64,000 nt of DNA from Nitrosopumilus sp. (GCA_965205215.1 OZ242041.1:1824001-1888000), one strand, 5' to 3'; positions 40,628-50,775 are shown, numbered from the stretch's first letter. Translations and numbers: made by a program. Notes: generated from the sequence alone by a model not told the origin.

Positions 40628-42331
40628 TTGGACATAGGCAGGGTCGAATCGTCGTTCTCCCCGTCCACATACGGCAGGAAGGCCGCATATTCCGCGAAGG
40701 GGGGCATGGTGGCGTCCGCGTTTCCAGACGCGACGCAGGCGGGAGTCGAGATGCTCAAAAAGGGCGGAAACGCAGTCGATGCGGCGTGCGCAACGGCCTT
40801 TGCGCTCGGCGTGTGCGAGCCGCAGGCATCCGGGATCGGGGGCCAGTCCATGTGCATAATGCACATGGACAGGAAGAGCGTGGCAATAGACGGCTCGAGC
40901 AGGTCCCCGTCGCGCGCTCACTCGTCGGCATACCATACAAAGAGGAGGCGCCTACTGGGCTACAAGGCGACCACGGTTCCAAGCACCGTGGCCGTGCTTG
41001 GGATAATGCACGAGCGTTACGGCGCCCTCGAGTGGCAAAAGGTGCTGGCGCCCGCCATACGTATAGCCAGGAGGGGGTACCGCATCACCAAGCTGCAGAG
41101 CCGCATCCAGGCAAAGGAGCTGGAAAACTTTCTGAGCATAAAGTCAAGGTCGGGTGCAAGGTACTTTCTAAAGGACGGACAGGCGCCGTACGAGGCGGGC
41201 GACAGGTTCGTGCAGGACGACCTGGCGCAGACGCTGAGGGCCATATCGGACAGCGGCTACCAGAGCTTTTACCGCGGAAGCATAGCAAAGCAGATAGACC
41301 TGGACATGCAGAGAAACGGGGGCCTCATACGGGAGGAGGACCTGACGTACATTCCGGAGCCCATAGAGAGGGCTCCGATCAGAAGACAGTACCGGGACGT
41401 CTCGGTGGTGACCATGCCCCCTCCCGCCGCGGGGCTGACGCTCCTGCTGACGCTGATGATGCTCAACCACCTGCCGTCCAGGTTCCTGCGCAGCAAGAAG
41501 CCGAGCTCCTACCACTTTGTCGCCGAGACGTTTAGAAAGGCGTTCTGGCACAGGGTGCTGCGCCCGTTCAACCCCCACACGTACAGCCAGATGCACGACA
41601 TGCACTACCACCACCTGAAGCGCTCGTTTGCAAGGCAGATGGCCGACTCCATACACAACTCGATGGACGACACGCTGCCGATCATGGACCATGCGTTTGG
41701 CGGGGACGAGGACGAGGGCGGGGAGACCACGCACCTGTCCGTAATGGACGACGAGGGGAACGCGGTAGGGATAACCCAGTCAATCGAGCTTCCATACGGC
41801 TCAAAGGCGGCGGCAGACGGGCTGGGGTTCCTGTACAACAACTACATGTCCGCCTTCGACTTTGAAAATACAATGAACCCGTTTTACATCAGGCCGAACG
41901 AGGTGCCGTGGACGTCGGTCTCGCCGGCGCTCATATTTCACGACAAGCGGCTGTGGATGGTGGTGGGAAGCCCGGGAAGCCAGAGGATCTTCTCGACGGT
42001 CGCCCAGTTTCTCATGGGGGTGGTCGACGGGAGCCTTCCGATTGACGCCTCGATGTACCTGCCGCGGCTCCACTGCACGATAGGGGGGGAGATCGGCATA
42101 GAGGACGGCGCGTTTGAGAAGCCCGTGATGAGGTATCTGGAGGGGCTGGGATACAAGGTCGTGGTCAGGGACCGGTTCTCGTTTTACCACGGGGCCGTCC
42201 ACGCCGTCATGAAGATGCAGACCCGGGACGGATTCCAGGGGGTGGCGGAGGTGAGGCGGGACGGCACCGCCGCATCCGCGGGTGGCGGCGTCGACAAAAG
42301 CGGCAACAGGCGCAGCGGTGATCGCCCCTGA
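40628..42331 (+). CDS. ggt: Gamma-glutamyltransferase family Ntn-hydrolase
   Basis: GGNAVDAA, EPQASGIGG, ETTHLSV (nucleophile Thr), GSPGS and PRLH. TTG start directly abuts the upstream TAG. Confidence 0.93.
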   Translation: MDIGRVESSFSPSTYGRKAAYSAKGGMVASAFPDATQAGVEMLKKGGNAVDAACATAFALGVCEPQASGIGGQSMCIMHMDRKSVAIDGSSRSPSRAHSSAYHTKRRRLLGYKATTVPSTVAVLGIMHERYGALEWQKVLAPAIRIARRGYRITKLQSRIQAKELENFLSIKSRSGARYFLKDGQAPYEAGDRFVQDDLAQTLRAISDSGYQSFYRGSIAKQIDLDMQRNGGLIREEDLTYIPEPIERAPIRRQYRDVSVVTMPPPAAGLTLLLTLMMLNHLPSRFLRSKKPSSYHFVAETFRKAFWHRVLRPFNPHTYSQMHDMHYHHLKRSFARQMADSIHNSMDDTLPIMDHAFGGDEDEGGETTHLSVMDDEGNAVGITQSIELPYGSKAAADGLGFLYNNYMSAFDFENTMNPFYIRPNEVPWTSVSPALIFHDKRLWMVVGSPGSQRIFSTVAQFLMGVVDGSLPIDASMYLPRLHCTIGGEIGIEDGAFEKPVMRYLEGLGYKVVVRDRFSFYHGAVHAVMKMQTRDGFQGVAEVRRDGTAASAGGGVDKSGNRRSGDRP

Positions 42332-43170
42332 AGGCGCTGCCCGTTCTGATCTCAATCCCCCACGGGGGAACCGAGGCGCCGCGGGAGCTTGACGGGCGCC
42401 TCTGCATTACCGAGTCCGCGCAGTTCGACGACTCGGATCCGTTCACGGCCGAGATCTATGACATCGGGGAGTCGGCCCTCCACGTCGTAAGGGCCGAGGT
42501 CGCAAGGGCGTACGTCGACCTGAACAGGTCAAGGACGCAGCTGCCGCCAAGTGATCCAGACGGACTGGTCAAGAGCGTCACGTGCTACAACGAGCCCATC
42601 TACATACGCGGGATGGAACCGGGCCCGCAACTCGTAGAGCAGCTCATCAGAAGGTACTATGATCCGTACTACGACGCGATAGAACGAGCGTGCACGGACC
42701 CGCAGGGCGGGCTGCGACTGTGCCTCGACTGCCATTCCATGGCTCCCACCACGCCCCCGGTCAGCAATAATAGCAGCGGCGGCGGCACGGGCCAGGACGG
42801 CGCGCGCGATGGCCGCGGCTCCGCACGCGGGAACGGCGCGGCCCGCCCGCTCTTCTGCCTCTCAAACCGCGACGGCGAGACGTGCCCCGACGATCAGCTG
42901 GAAACGCTTGCATGCTGCATATCAGAGTCCTTTGGGATGCCCAGGGACCGCATACTCCTTAACCGCCCGTTCCGCGGCGGGCACATCACCGAATGGTTCG
43001 GGACAATGTATGGTGCAGTAATCCCGTGGGTGCAGGTCGAGATGAACCGCATGCTGTACCTAGACGAGCGGTGGTTTGACCGCGACTCTGCGAAAATGAC
43101 AGACGGGGCGCGGCTTGCCGAGCTAAACCGCATGTTCCGCGACTCGCTTGTCCGGTTTTTTGCCGCATGA
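42328..43170 (+). CDS. N-formylglutamate amidohydrolase family protein (CTG start)
   Basis: Frame open from CTG 42328: LPVLISIPHGG, DDSDPFT, RAYVDLNR, YYDPYY, DCHSM, NRPFRGGHIT, VQVEMNR.LY. Confidence 0.9.
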   Translation: MKALPVLISIPHGGTEAPRELDGRLCITESAQFDDSDPFTAEIYDIGESALHVVRAEVARAYVDLNRSRTQLPPSDPDGLVKSVTCYNEPIYIRGMEPGPQLVEQLIRRYYDPYYDAIERACTDPQGGLRLCLDCHSMAPTTPPVSNNSSGGGTGQDGARDGRGSARGNGAARPLFCLSNRDGETCPDDQLETLACCISESFGMPRDRILLNRPFRGGHITEWFGTMYGAVIPWVQVEMNRMLYLDERWFDRDSAKMTDGARLAELNRMFRDSLVRFFAA

Positions 43171-43360
43171 CGCCCCGGGTGCAGGGGTCTGGACCGGCCG
43201 GGCGCGTGGTGGCCCGTGGCATATTATACGCGCGCGCCTTGTAAAGCCCATCTTTGTGTATGACTCCCGCAGTCCCCACCCTCCTTCCTGCTCAACCCAG
43301 GTATGTAACTCCCGCCGAACCGGTTCTAGCAGTTAAATAATTGGGTGCGGGCTCACGTCC

Positions 43361-44572
43361 ATGCGCGACGCCTCATACGACGTGGTGGTTGCAGGAGGCA
43401 GCATATCAGGACTGCTCTGCGCAAGGGAGATTGCGGCAGGCGGGCACTCCGTGCTGGTGGTGGAGGAAGACTATGAGATAGGCACGCCGGAGCACTGCGG
43501 CGGGCTGGTAAGCAGCAGAGGCCTCGAGGAGCTAGGGATGATACCGTTTGGAGGCACGCTAATGCACCGCGTCGAGAGGGCCCGCATCACCTCGCCGGAC
43601 GGCACCCACATTACAATCGACGCCAAGAGGCAGAACGTACTGTGCGTAAGCAGGAGGGAGCTTGACAAGCAGGCAGCGCACCAGGCCCAGAGGGAGGGGG
43701 CCGACATAATGATCAGGACGAGCCTACACGAGAGGACGCGGGAGGGGGTCAGGATCAGCGGGGTTGGAGGCGCCGCCGATGCCAATATCATAAACTGCAG
43801 GATAATGGTGGACGCGCGGGGGGCCGCGGCGCTTGCCCAGAGGGACAGGGACGGAATAATCCCGTCTGCGCAGTATGAGGTGTATGCCGACTGGATAGAG
43901 GACGGGAGGGTGGAGGTGCTGCCGGATCGGCTAAAGTATCCCGGGTTCTTTGCGTGGGTCATACCGTCCGGGCGCGGAAGGGGACGCGTCGGCGCAGCGG
44001 GAAGGGGGATCAACGCGGCCGCAGCGCTCGAATCGTTTCTTGCGGACAGGGGCAGGGGCGACGGCCGCGGGTGCTGCGTAATCAGGAAGATATTTGCCCC
44101 GATCTGGATAAAGGGCCCGATCAAGAGATTCCACGACGCCGGCAGCGGCGTCATAACAGTCGGAGACGCGGCCGGGCAGGCAAAGCCGACCACTGCGGGC
44201 GGCATATTCTCAAGCGGCATGGGCGGCATCCTTGCAGGGCGCGCCATATCCAGGCATCTGGACGGGGCGGATGGCGGCACGCAGGACATGGACGGGCTCG
44301 GCGACTCGTACCGCGCAGCATGGTACAAGCGGTTTGGCGGCGAGTTTGAGAGGCAGTCGATTGCAAGAAGGATACTTGAGAGGGCAGACAACGGAGCCAT
44401 AAACGACGTGATAAGGCGGGTCTCACCAGAGGCGCTCAGAGAGATATCGGCGGAGGACGACTTTGACTTTCACGTCTCAGGCATCATAAAGCTGCTTGGC
44501 GCTGCGGGAACAGCAAGGGCGGCCGGAAGCATGCTGGGCGCGGAGCTCAGAAGGCTGATCCCGGGCCAGTAG
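43361..44572 (+). CDS. Geranylgeranyl reductase-family FAD oxidoreductase
   Basis: YDVVVAGGSISG, PEHCGG, FAWVIP and VGDAAGQAKPTTAGGI motifs. Confidence 0.9.
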   Translation: MRDASYDVVVAGGSISGLLCAREIAAGGHSVLVVEEDYEIGTPEHCGGLVSSRGLEELGMIPFGGTLMHRVERARITSPDGTHITIDAKRQNVLCVSRRELDKQAAHQAQREGADIMIRTSLHERTREGVRISGVGGAADANIINCRIMVDARGAAALAQRDRDGIIPSAQYEVYADWIEDGRVEVLPDRLKYPGFFAWVIPSGRGRGRVGAAGRGINAAAALESFLADRGRGDGRGCCVIRKIFAPIWIKGPIKRFHDAGSGVITVGDAAGQAKPTTAGGIFSSGMGGILAGRAISRHLDGADGGTQDMDGLGDSYRAAWYKRFGGEFERQSIARRILERADNGAINDVIRRVSPEALREISAEDDFDFHVSGIIKLLGAAGTARAAGSMLGAELRRLIPGQ

Positions 44573-44708
44573 TACAGTGGTGGCGGCGGTGGCGACGGAG
44601 GCGTCAGCGGCAGCAACAATGGCGCCTGCATGTGTCAAGCCTTCTTCCCCCCAGCCTGATCAGATCCGATAATAAAGGTATAAATGATGTTTTTTGGTAA
44701 TCGCGCCA

Positions 44709-44891
44709 TTGTCCTCATCCACGATATCGCTGCCAGAGTGCAGCTGCTGCCTCAGGCACATAATGCCAAACGACAAGTGTGTAAAGTTCAACTGCCCCAA
44801 CTGTGGCGCCACGCTGATATGGAGGTGCCAGAGCTGCAGGGAGGCTGCAAGAAGCTACAAGTGTTCCGCGTGCGGCTTTGAGGGGCCATGA
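44709..44891 (+). CDS. Small archaeal zinc-finger protein (DUF1610-like)
   Basis: CSCC, FNCPNCG, RCQSCR and [11 protein letters not shown]; usual position upstream of EF-1beta. Confidence 0.9.
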   Translation: MSSSTISLPECSCCLRHIMPNDKCVKFNCPNCGATLIWRCQSCREAARSYKCSACGFEGP

Positions 44892-44916
44892 CCGGAGAAA
44901 GGGGCGGCGACGGCAC

Positions 44917-45198
44917 ATGGCACAGCTATTACTAATCACAAAGATACTCCCGGAAGGGATAGACGTGGATCTTGACGAGACGGCCCGATCCATACAGTCC
45001 GCGCTAAAGGAAGGAATAACCCTAAAGAGATACGAAAAGGAACCGCTTGCGTTCGGACTGCACTTTCTAAAGGCAGAATTCGTCCTAGACGACAAGGAGG
45101 GGCAGATGGACTCGCTTGAGGAGTCAGTCAGGAGCGCAAAGGGCGTCAGCGAGTTCGAAGTCCTCAACATGAGCAGGATGTCAGTGGACGTCAAGTGA
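44917..45198 (+). CDS. ef1b: Translation elongation factor 1-beta
   Basis: KILPEG and [11 protein letters not shown] motifs. Confidence 0.93.
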   Translation: MAQLLLITKILPEGIDVDLDETARSIQSALKEGITLKRYEKEPLAFGLHFLKAEFVLDDKEGQMDSLEESVRSAKGVSEFEVLNMSRMSVDVK

Positions 45199-45214
45199 CG
45201 GATGGTGGGTCCGC

Positions 45215-47497
45215 TTGGCGCACCAGGACAAAGACGGCCAGCACTCGGTACTGCGCGTCGGCGAGGCAAAGCAGCGTGACATAGGCAAGAGGCGTGCCAG
45301 GATGGATCCCGGCGCCATGAAGAGCATAGGGGCAGAGCCCGGCGACATCATAACCATAACAGGCTCAAGGACGAGCTGCGCGGCCGCGTGGCCTGCCGAC
45401 GAAGACGAGAGGCGCGCAGACGTGGTAAGGATAGACGGCCAGACAAGGAAGAATTCAGGGGCCGCAGTAGGCGAGACCGTGCGCATAACAAAGGCGGCGG
45501 CGCAACCTGCAAGATCCGTCTCACTTGTGCCGCTCGGCGGCGTGGGCGGTGGCAGCGGGGGCGGAGACGGCATCACCAGCACGGACAGCGACTTTGTCGA
45601 GTTCGTAAGGGGCAAGATTGCGGGGCTTCCAGTAGTCGGCGGCGACGAGATATCAGTAATGATACTCGGAAGCCCCAGGGAGTTCAGGGTGTCCGGCACC
45701 CAGCCGCGTGGAACGGTCGTGGTATCAGAGGACACCAGAGTGTCCATATCGGCAGAGCCCGACAGCGGGAAGGGGACGCACGTAACATATGACGGAGTTG
45801 GAGGGCTGGTAAAAGAGGTCAAGTCCATGAGGGAGATAGTCGAGCTTCCCCTCAGGCACCCGGAGATATTCGCAATGCTGGGGGTGGAGCCGCACAGCGG
45901 CATACTGCTGTACGGGCCGCCCGGATGCGGCAAGACCCTGCTTGCAAAGGCACTGGCAAGCGAGTCGGGGGCAAGGATGTTCACGATAAACGGCCCCGAG
46001 ATCATCACCAAGTATTACGGGGACACGGAGGCGAGACTCAGGGAGATATTCGAGGAGGCAAAGGGCGCGTCGCCGAGCATGATATTCATCGACGAGATCG
46101 ACGCGATAGCCCCGAGGCGCGAAGAGTCACGCGGGGACGTCGAGAAGCGCGTAGTGGCCCAGCTGCTGGCCCTGATGGACGGGCTCAACGACAGGGGAAA
46201 CGTGATGGTGCTCGGCGCCACCAACAGGCCCGACGGCGTGGATCCCGCCCTGAGGCGCCCCGGCAGGTTTGACAGGGAGTTTGAGATATCCGTCCCAAAC
46301 GAGGACGGGCGGCACGAGATACTGCTCATACACACAAGGGGCATGCCCATGGCGCCGGACGTGGACGTCAAGAAGCTGGCGCCCCAGCTGCACGGATACA
46401 CGGGGGCGGACATAAAGTCGCTGTGCAGGGAGGCCGCAATGAAGGCCATCAGGAGGTACCTGCCCGGCATGGCGGACCCCGAGTCGGAGGGGGGCAAGGA
46501 GAGAGAGGAGGAGGTGGTCCCAACCGACGTGCTGCGCTCCATGCAGGTCACGCTTGCCGACTTTTATGACGCGATGCAGGAGGTCGTGCCCACCGCGATG
46601 AGGGAGTTTTATGTTGAAAGGCCCACAATCAGGTGGGGCGACATAGGCGGGCTTGACGACGTCAAGGAGTCGCTTGCAGACAACCTGGTGACGGCCGTGA
46701 TGGATCCGGACAGGTTTACAAAGATGGGCGTCAGGGCCCCCAGGGGCGCCCTGGTGTACGGGCCTCCGGGATGCGGCAAGACGATGCTCGGCATGGCGCT
46801 CGCCGCCGAGACGGGGGCAAACATGATACTGGTGAGGGGCCCCGAGATACTCTCAAAGTGGGTCGGCGAGTCCGAAAAGGCCGTCCGCGAGATATTCCGC
46901 AAGGCAAAGTCGTCGGCCCCGTGCGTCATAATATTTGACGAGCTCGACTCGATTGCGCGGCACAGATCCCCGGCCGGGGGTGCGGGAGCAGGGGGCGGCC
47001 ACGGCGGCGACCAGCCCGCATCCGGCGCGGGCGAGACGGTGCTGAGCCAGCTCCTCACGGAGATAGAGGGGGCCTCCCCGAGGGTTGTCGTGATGGGGAT
47101 AACAAACAGGCCCGACATGCTTGACAGGTCGCTCCTGAGGACGGGCCGGCTCGACCTGTCCCTGTACGCGGCCCCTCCCGACGAGGCGGGGCGCCGCAAG
47201 ATAATAGAGATACTGACGTCCAGAATGCCCCTTGCCGGCGACGTGCACACGGACGAGATTGCGGCCACCACCCAGAACTACACGGGCGCCGACCTGGCGG
47301 CGCTCTGCAGGGAGGCTGCAGTGTCCGCCATAAAGTCCGGTTCGGAAACCGTATCGGGCAGCGACTTTGAGGCCGCCCTCAAGCAGACGGGCCCCTCCAT
47401 CACGGAGGAGATGGAGAAGTGGTACGGCTCCGTCAGGGAAGGTATATCTAACGTCGTTACGCCAGCGGCAGGTGACAACAACACGTTCTACGGATAG
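45215..47497 (+). CDS. cdc48: CDC48/VCP-family AAA+ ATPase
   Basis: N domain plus two AAA modules (GPPGCGKT twice, IDEID/FDELD, RRPGRFD). Confidence 0.96.
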   Translation: MAHQDKDGQHSVLRVGEAKQRDIGKRRARMDPGAMKSIGAEPGDIITITGSRTSCAAAWPADEDERRADVVRIDGQTRKNSGAAVGETVRITKAAAQPARSVSLVPLGGVGGGSGGGDGITSTDSDFVEFVRGKIAGLPVVGGDEISVMILGSPREFRVSGTQPRGTVVVSEDTRVSISAEPDSGKGTHVTYDGVGGLVKEVKSMREIVELPLRHPEIFAMLGVEPHSGILLYGPPGCGKTLLAKALASESGARMFTINGPEIITKYYGDTEARLREIFEEAKGASPSMIFIDEIDAIAPRREESRGDVEKRVVAQLLALMDGLNDRGNVMVLGATNRPDGVDPALRRPGRFDREFEISVPNEDGRHEILLIHTRGMPMAPDVDVKKLAPQLHGYTGADIKSLCREAAMKAIRRYLPGMADPESEGGKEREEEVVPTDVLRSMQVTLADFYDAMQEVVPTAMREFYVERPTIRWGDIGGLDDVKESLADNLVTAVMDPDRFTKMGVRAPRGALVYGPPGCGKTMLGMALAAETGANMILVRGPEILSKWVGESEKAVREIFRKAKSSAPCVIIFDELDSIARHRSPAGGAGAGGGHGGDQPASGAGETVLSQLLTEIEGASPRVVVMGITNRPDMLDRSLLRTGRLDLSLYAAPPDEAGRRKIIEILTSRMPLAGDVHTDEIAATTQNYTGADLAALCREAAVSAIKSGSETVSGSDFEAALKQTGPSITEEMEKWYGSVREGISNVVTPAAGDNNTFYG

Positions 47498-47505
47498 CGA
47501 TTGCA

Positions 47506-47895
47506 ATGGTCTCACTGATAAAGAATGAACTGCTCGAGAAGGTAAGGGGCGCGGGCGCGCTTACCGACGTCGATCTCTACAAGAGCATGACAAAGGAGGG
47601 CAGGATCATACCAGAGGACAGGTTCAACAAGCTGCTGCTCGACCTGGAGATACTCGGGCTGGTAAAGATCGCGTGGGTGACAAAGGACGAGCGCCGCATA
47701 GAGGCGGCCGAGGAGGAGGAAGACTCTGCAGGGTACGGCGACGCGCAGGGGGGCGGGTCCGAGGACGGCGCCAGTGGGGGCGCCCGATCCAAGTCGGGAT
47801 CCTCCAGGGGCTCCTCGGCATCAGGCGGCAACGGAGGCGGCGACAGCGACGCGGACAAGTCGTACGAGGCCAGCTTTCCGGGACTCGAAAAGTGA
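47506..47895 (+). CDS. Hypothetical winged-helix-like protein
   Basis: FNKLLLDLEILGL core, Gly/Ser insertion and YEASFPG end; directly downstream of cdc48. Confidence 0.75.
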   Translation: MVSLIKNELLEKVRGAGALTDVDLYKSMTKEGRIIPEDRFNKLLLDLEILGLVKIAWVTKDERRIEAAEEEEDSAGYGDAQGGGSEDGASGGARSKSGSSRGSSASGGNGGGDSDADKSYEASFPGLEK

Positions 47896-47927
47896 CGCCG
47901 CGCGCCGGCCGACCCGCGGCCGCGCAT

Positions 47928-48818
47928 TCAGAACAGCGGCACGTGAAACGCGGCGTCCAGCACGACTGCCGCGAATATTATAGTCAGGTACGGGGCCGTC
48001 ACCTTGTACGCCTTCCACGCAAACTCCGACGTCGGGTTCTTTGTAAGCTTGTAGTGGTACGCGAGCATCAGCCCCCCCGAGACCGCCGCGATTGCAAGGT
48101 ATACGGCCCCCATCCCGGCGGGAATAAAGGAGAGGGCAAGCGAGTACGGCACCAGTATGACGGTGTTGGCAAGTATGTACCGGGAGGTCTTTTGCATGCC
48201 TATTACAACGGGCAGCATCGGCACGTTTGCCTGCGCGTACTCGTCGCGGATCTTCATTGCAAGGCACCAGAAATGCGACGGCGTCCAGACAAACACCAGG
48301 AACCCCACCAGGAATCCCAGCAGGTCCATGCCCCCGGTGGCCCCGGCCCAGCCGGCCCACGCAGCCGCGCTTCCGGCAATGCCGCCTATCACGATATTTG
48401 ACGTGTTGAGCCGCTTCAGCCAGGCCGTGTATATTATGACATAGGAGAATATTCCCAGCGCGATGAACGCTGCAGACGCGGGGTTGAGCGCGACGTACCC
48501 ATACACGACCGAGGCGCAGCTCGTGGCCAGCCCGTACGCAAAGACGGTGCGCGGCGAGAGGCGCCCCGCAGGAATGGGCCTCTTGCTTGTGCGCCCCATC
48601 ATCGAGTCTATATCGCGGTCATAGTAGTGGTTCAGTGCGCTAGAGCCGGCCGAGGCCATGGCTCCCGCCATTATGATATGCAGGTACTGCACGTATCCGA
48701 CGTCCGGGGCTCCCTCGACCAGCCTGCTTGCCCCGTACATGGACGCGACGGCGGTGATAACCAGCAGCACCACGATCCTGGGCTTTGACACCTCAACTAT
48801 GTCTGCCAGCAACGCCAT
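47928..48818 (-). CDS. cyoE: Heme O synthase (protoheme IX farnesyltransferase)
   Basis: KPRI, NHYYDRDID..M.RT..RP, WTPSHFW and YAQANVPM motifs. Confidence 0.95.
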   Translation of the reverse strand: MALLADIVEVSKPRIVVLLVITAVASMYGASRLVEGAPDVGYVQYLHIIMAGAMASAGSSALNHYYDRDIDSMMGRTSKRPIPAGRLSPRTVFAYGLATSCASVVYGYVALNPASAAFIALGIFSYVIIYTAWLKRLNTSNIVIGGIAGSAAAWAGWAGATGGMDLLGFLVGFLVFVWTPSHFWCLAMKIRDEYAQANVPMLPVVIGMQKTSRYILANTVILVPYSLALSFIPAGMGAVYLAIAAVSGGLMLAYHYKLTKNPTSEFAWKAYKVTAPYLTIIFAAVVLDAAFHVPLF

Positions 48819-48994
48819 TGGATGTGTCACCTTGCAATGCCATTTAATCCCTTTTAAAATAATGGCGGCGGCGATGGAGAAGGGGAGGTGTAACGGACGG
48901 AGAAGTGTGGGGAGAAGGGGAGGAATGTCGCGACACACCCCGGACAACGGCGGGGTGTAAACGGTTATTTAACTAGATTCTGAAGCAACAGCAA

Positions 48995-49804
48995 ATGAGC
49001 AACTGGGATCTCATGATGCCCGGCATGGGACTTACATCCATAGGACTGGCGGGCCTCGTCATCTCGTACGCGGAGATCGCCCACACGTTCATAGACGGCA
49101 TGCACGCCCTGACGGGACTTACCATGTTCATGGGACTGATCTTCCTGGCGACCGGGATACTTGACGGAGGCATATCTACAAGCAACAGGGCAAAGGCCAC
49201 TGCGCTGGTCATACTCTCGATATCACTGGGCTTTGGAATGTATGCAATGACCATGAACACGTCAAACTATACCATCACCATAGCAGGAATACTCATGGCA
49301 ATCGCGTTTCCGGCAATCATAATATCATACCTGGCAATGAAGCATCCGGTGTACCTAAAGCCGGTCGGCTCCATAGTGGCGATAGCCGGCGCGACTGGCA
49401 TCATAATGTGGATCTCGTTTGGATTTGTAAGCCCCGACACGTACATCATACCGCAGGAGGTGGTAGAGGTCCCAGAGGAGGAAGAGGTAGCGGCAGGCCC
49501 GCAGGGCCCCGTGTATGAGATTGCCATACTGGTAGGCTCAGACACCCCGGACAATCCCGACTATGACCCCGACGTTGCAAACGTACCGCTCGGAAGCAGC
49601 ATAGTGTGGACCAACGACGACATAGTGGCGCATACAGTGACCAGCACCGCGGACCAGGGCGAGACGTTCAACTCGGGCCTGATGGCAGAGGGCGAGACGT
49701 TCATTGTAGAGACCGCGGAGATAGGTGTGGGCGAGTTCGAGTATTGGTGCATCGTGCATCCGTGGATGGTCTCCACAATCGTGGTGGAAGAGGCCGCGGA
49801 GTGA
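48995..49804 (+). CDS. Multi-TM protein with C-terminal plastocyanin/cupredoxin domain
   Basis: Several TM helices followed by WTNDD..AHTV...YWCIVHPWM type-1 copper site. Confidence 0.9.
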   Translation: MSNWDLMMPGMGLTSIGLAGLVISYAEIAHTFIDGMHALTGLTMFMGLIFLATGILDGGISTSNRAKATALVILSISLGFGMYAMTMNTSNYTITIAGILMAIAFPAIIISYLAMKHPVYLKPVGSIVAIAGATGIIMWISFGFVSPDTYIIPQEVVEVPEEEEVAAGPQGPVYEIAILVGSDTPDNPDYDPDVANVPLGSSIVWTNDDIVAHTVTSTADQGETFNSGLMAEGETFIVETAEIGVGEFEYWCIVHPWMVSTIVVEEAAE

Positions 49805-49916
49805 GTGCCATGCGCGCTGGCGCGCACGGACATCATGGATACACACACGCGCATGCACGTACGCAATCAGCCGGACGAGCATCATGATATATTCATGACC
49901 GCCGCAGACACCACGT

Positions 49917-50378
49917 ATGCGGCCAAGCAGAGAGATCTCAATATCCAGAAAGCACATGGCAGAGCTGGCGGAACATGCAGAAAGGGCCGGCGCGCTCGAG
50001 TCCTGCGCCCTGCTGCTGGGCGCAAAGGGCGCGGTAAGGGACGTATTCTTTGCAGACAACGTGGATCCCAGACCGGAGCAATTCTTTAGCATGGCGCCGG
50101 ACCAGCTGCTTGGCTCATACAGGGCCGCGGAAAAGCGCGGCCTCGAGGTCATCGGCATATTCCACTCGCATCCCGCATCAGGCGCGGCCCCCTCAGATAC
50201 GGACATGCGGTTCATGCGCACAAATCCCGTGGTGTGGGTGATATATTCGGGACAGACCAAGGAGTTCAGGGCGCACGTGACGCCGGAGGGGGGCGGGGGC
50301 GGAACCGAGACCGTTGCAATAGTAGTAGCGGCGGCAGGGGAGTCGGAGGCCGGGGCGGAAGAACAGAAGGGCGTATGA
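49917..50378 (+). CDS. JAB/MPN+ (JAMM) metallopeptidase
   Basis: E..ALLLG and IFHSHP...PSDTD JAMM motif. Confidence 0.9.
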   Translation: MRPSREISISRKHMAELAEHAERAGALESCALLLGAKGAVRDVFFADNVDPRPEQFFSMAPDQLLGSYRAAEKRGLEVIGIFHSHPASGAAPSDTDMRFMRTNPVVWVIYSGQTKEFRAHVTPEGGGGGTETVAIVVAAAGESEAGAEEQKGV

Positions 50379-50439
50379 TAGCATTCCACGACCATATACG
50401 GATATCGTGAATTAAATAGGACTGGATCAGAGTTGGCTC

Positions 50440-50697
50440 ATGGAAATCCACGTATACGACACCTACGTCGCTGCTGCAGACGGGCATACCATGCACTTTG
50501 ACGTGATTACGGGCGAAAAGGACCACGACAAGGCCATCGAGTATGGCAAGGAGTGGCTAGAATCCATCGGGGAGGGCGGCGCCACAATGACCACCAACGA
50601 GTGCAAGTTCTGCCATTCCCAGCATGCGCCAGAACCGGTCGAAAGATCCATCGAGGAAAAGGGATACTATATCCAAAAGATGGAAGGCTGTCCCTAG
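50440..50697 (+). CDS. DUF2024-like small protein
   Basis: VYDTYV, MHFDV, ECKFCHSQ and GYYI motifs; ATTAAATA about 25 nt upstream. Confidence 0.8.
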   Translation: MEIHVYDTYVAAADGHTMHFDVITGEKDHDKAIEYGKEWLESIGEGGATMTTNECKFCHSQHAPEPVERSIEEKGYYIQKMEGCP

Positions 50698-50723
50698 GCG
50701 CTAGGCAAACCCTCAACACCGAT

Positions 50724-50775
50724 CTTTTTTCTTCTTCTTATTCTCCTTCCTACTGTTATTATATGATTATTATGA
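50724..50775 (+). terminator. T/pyrimidine-rich tract, probable archaeal terminator between convergent genes
   Basis: TTTTTTCTTCTTCTTATTCTCCTTCC starts about 25 nt after the stop at 50697. Confidence 0.45.
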
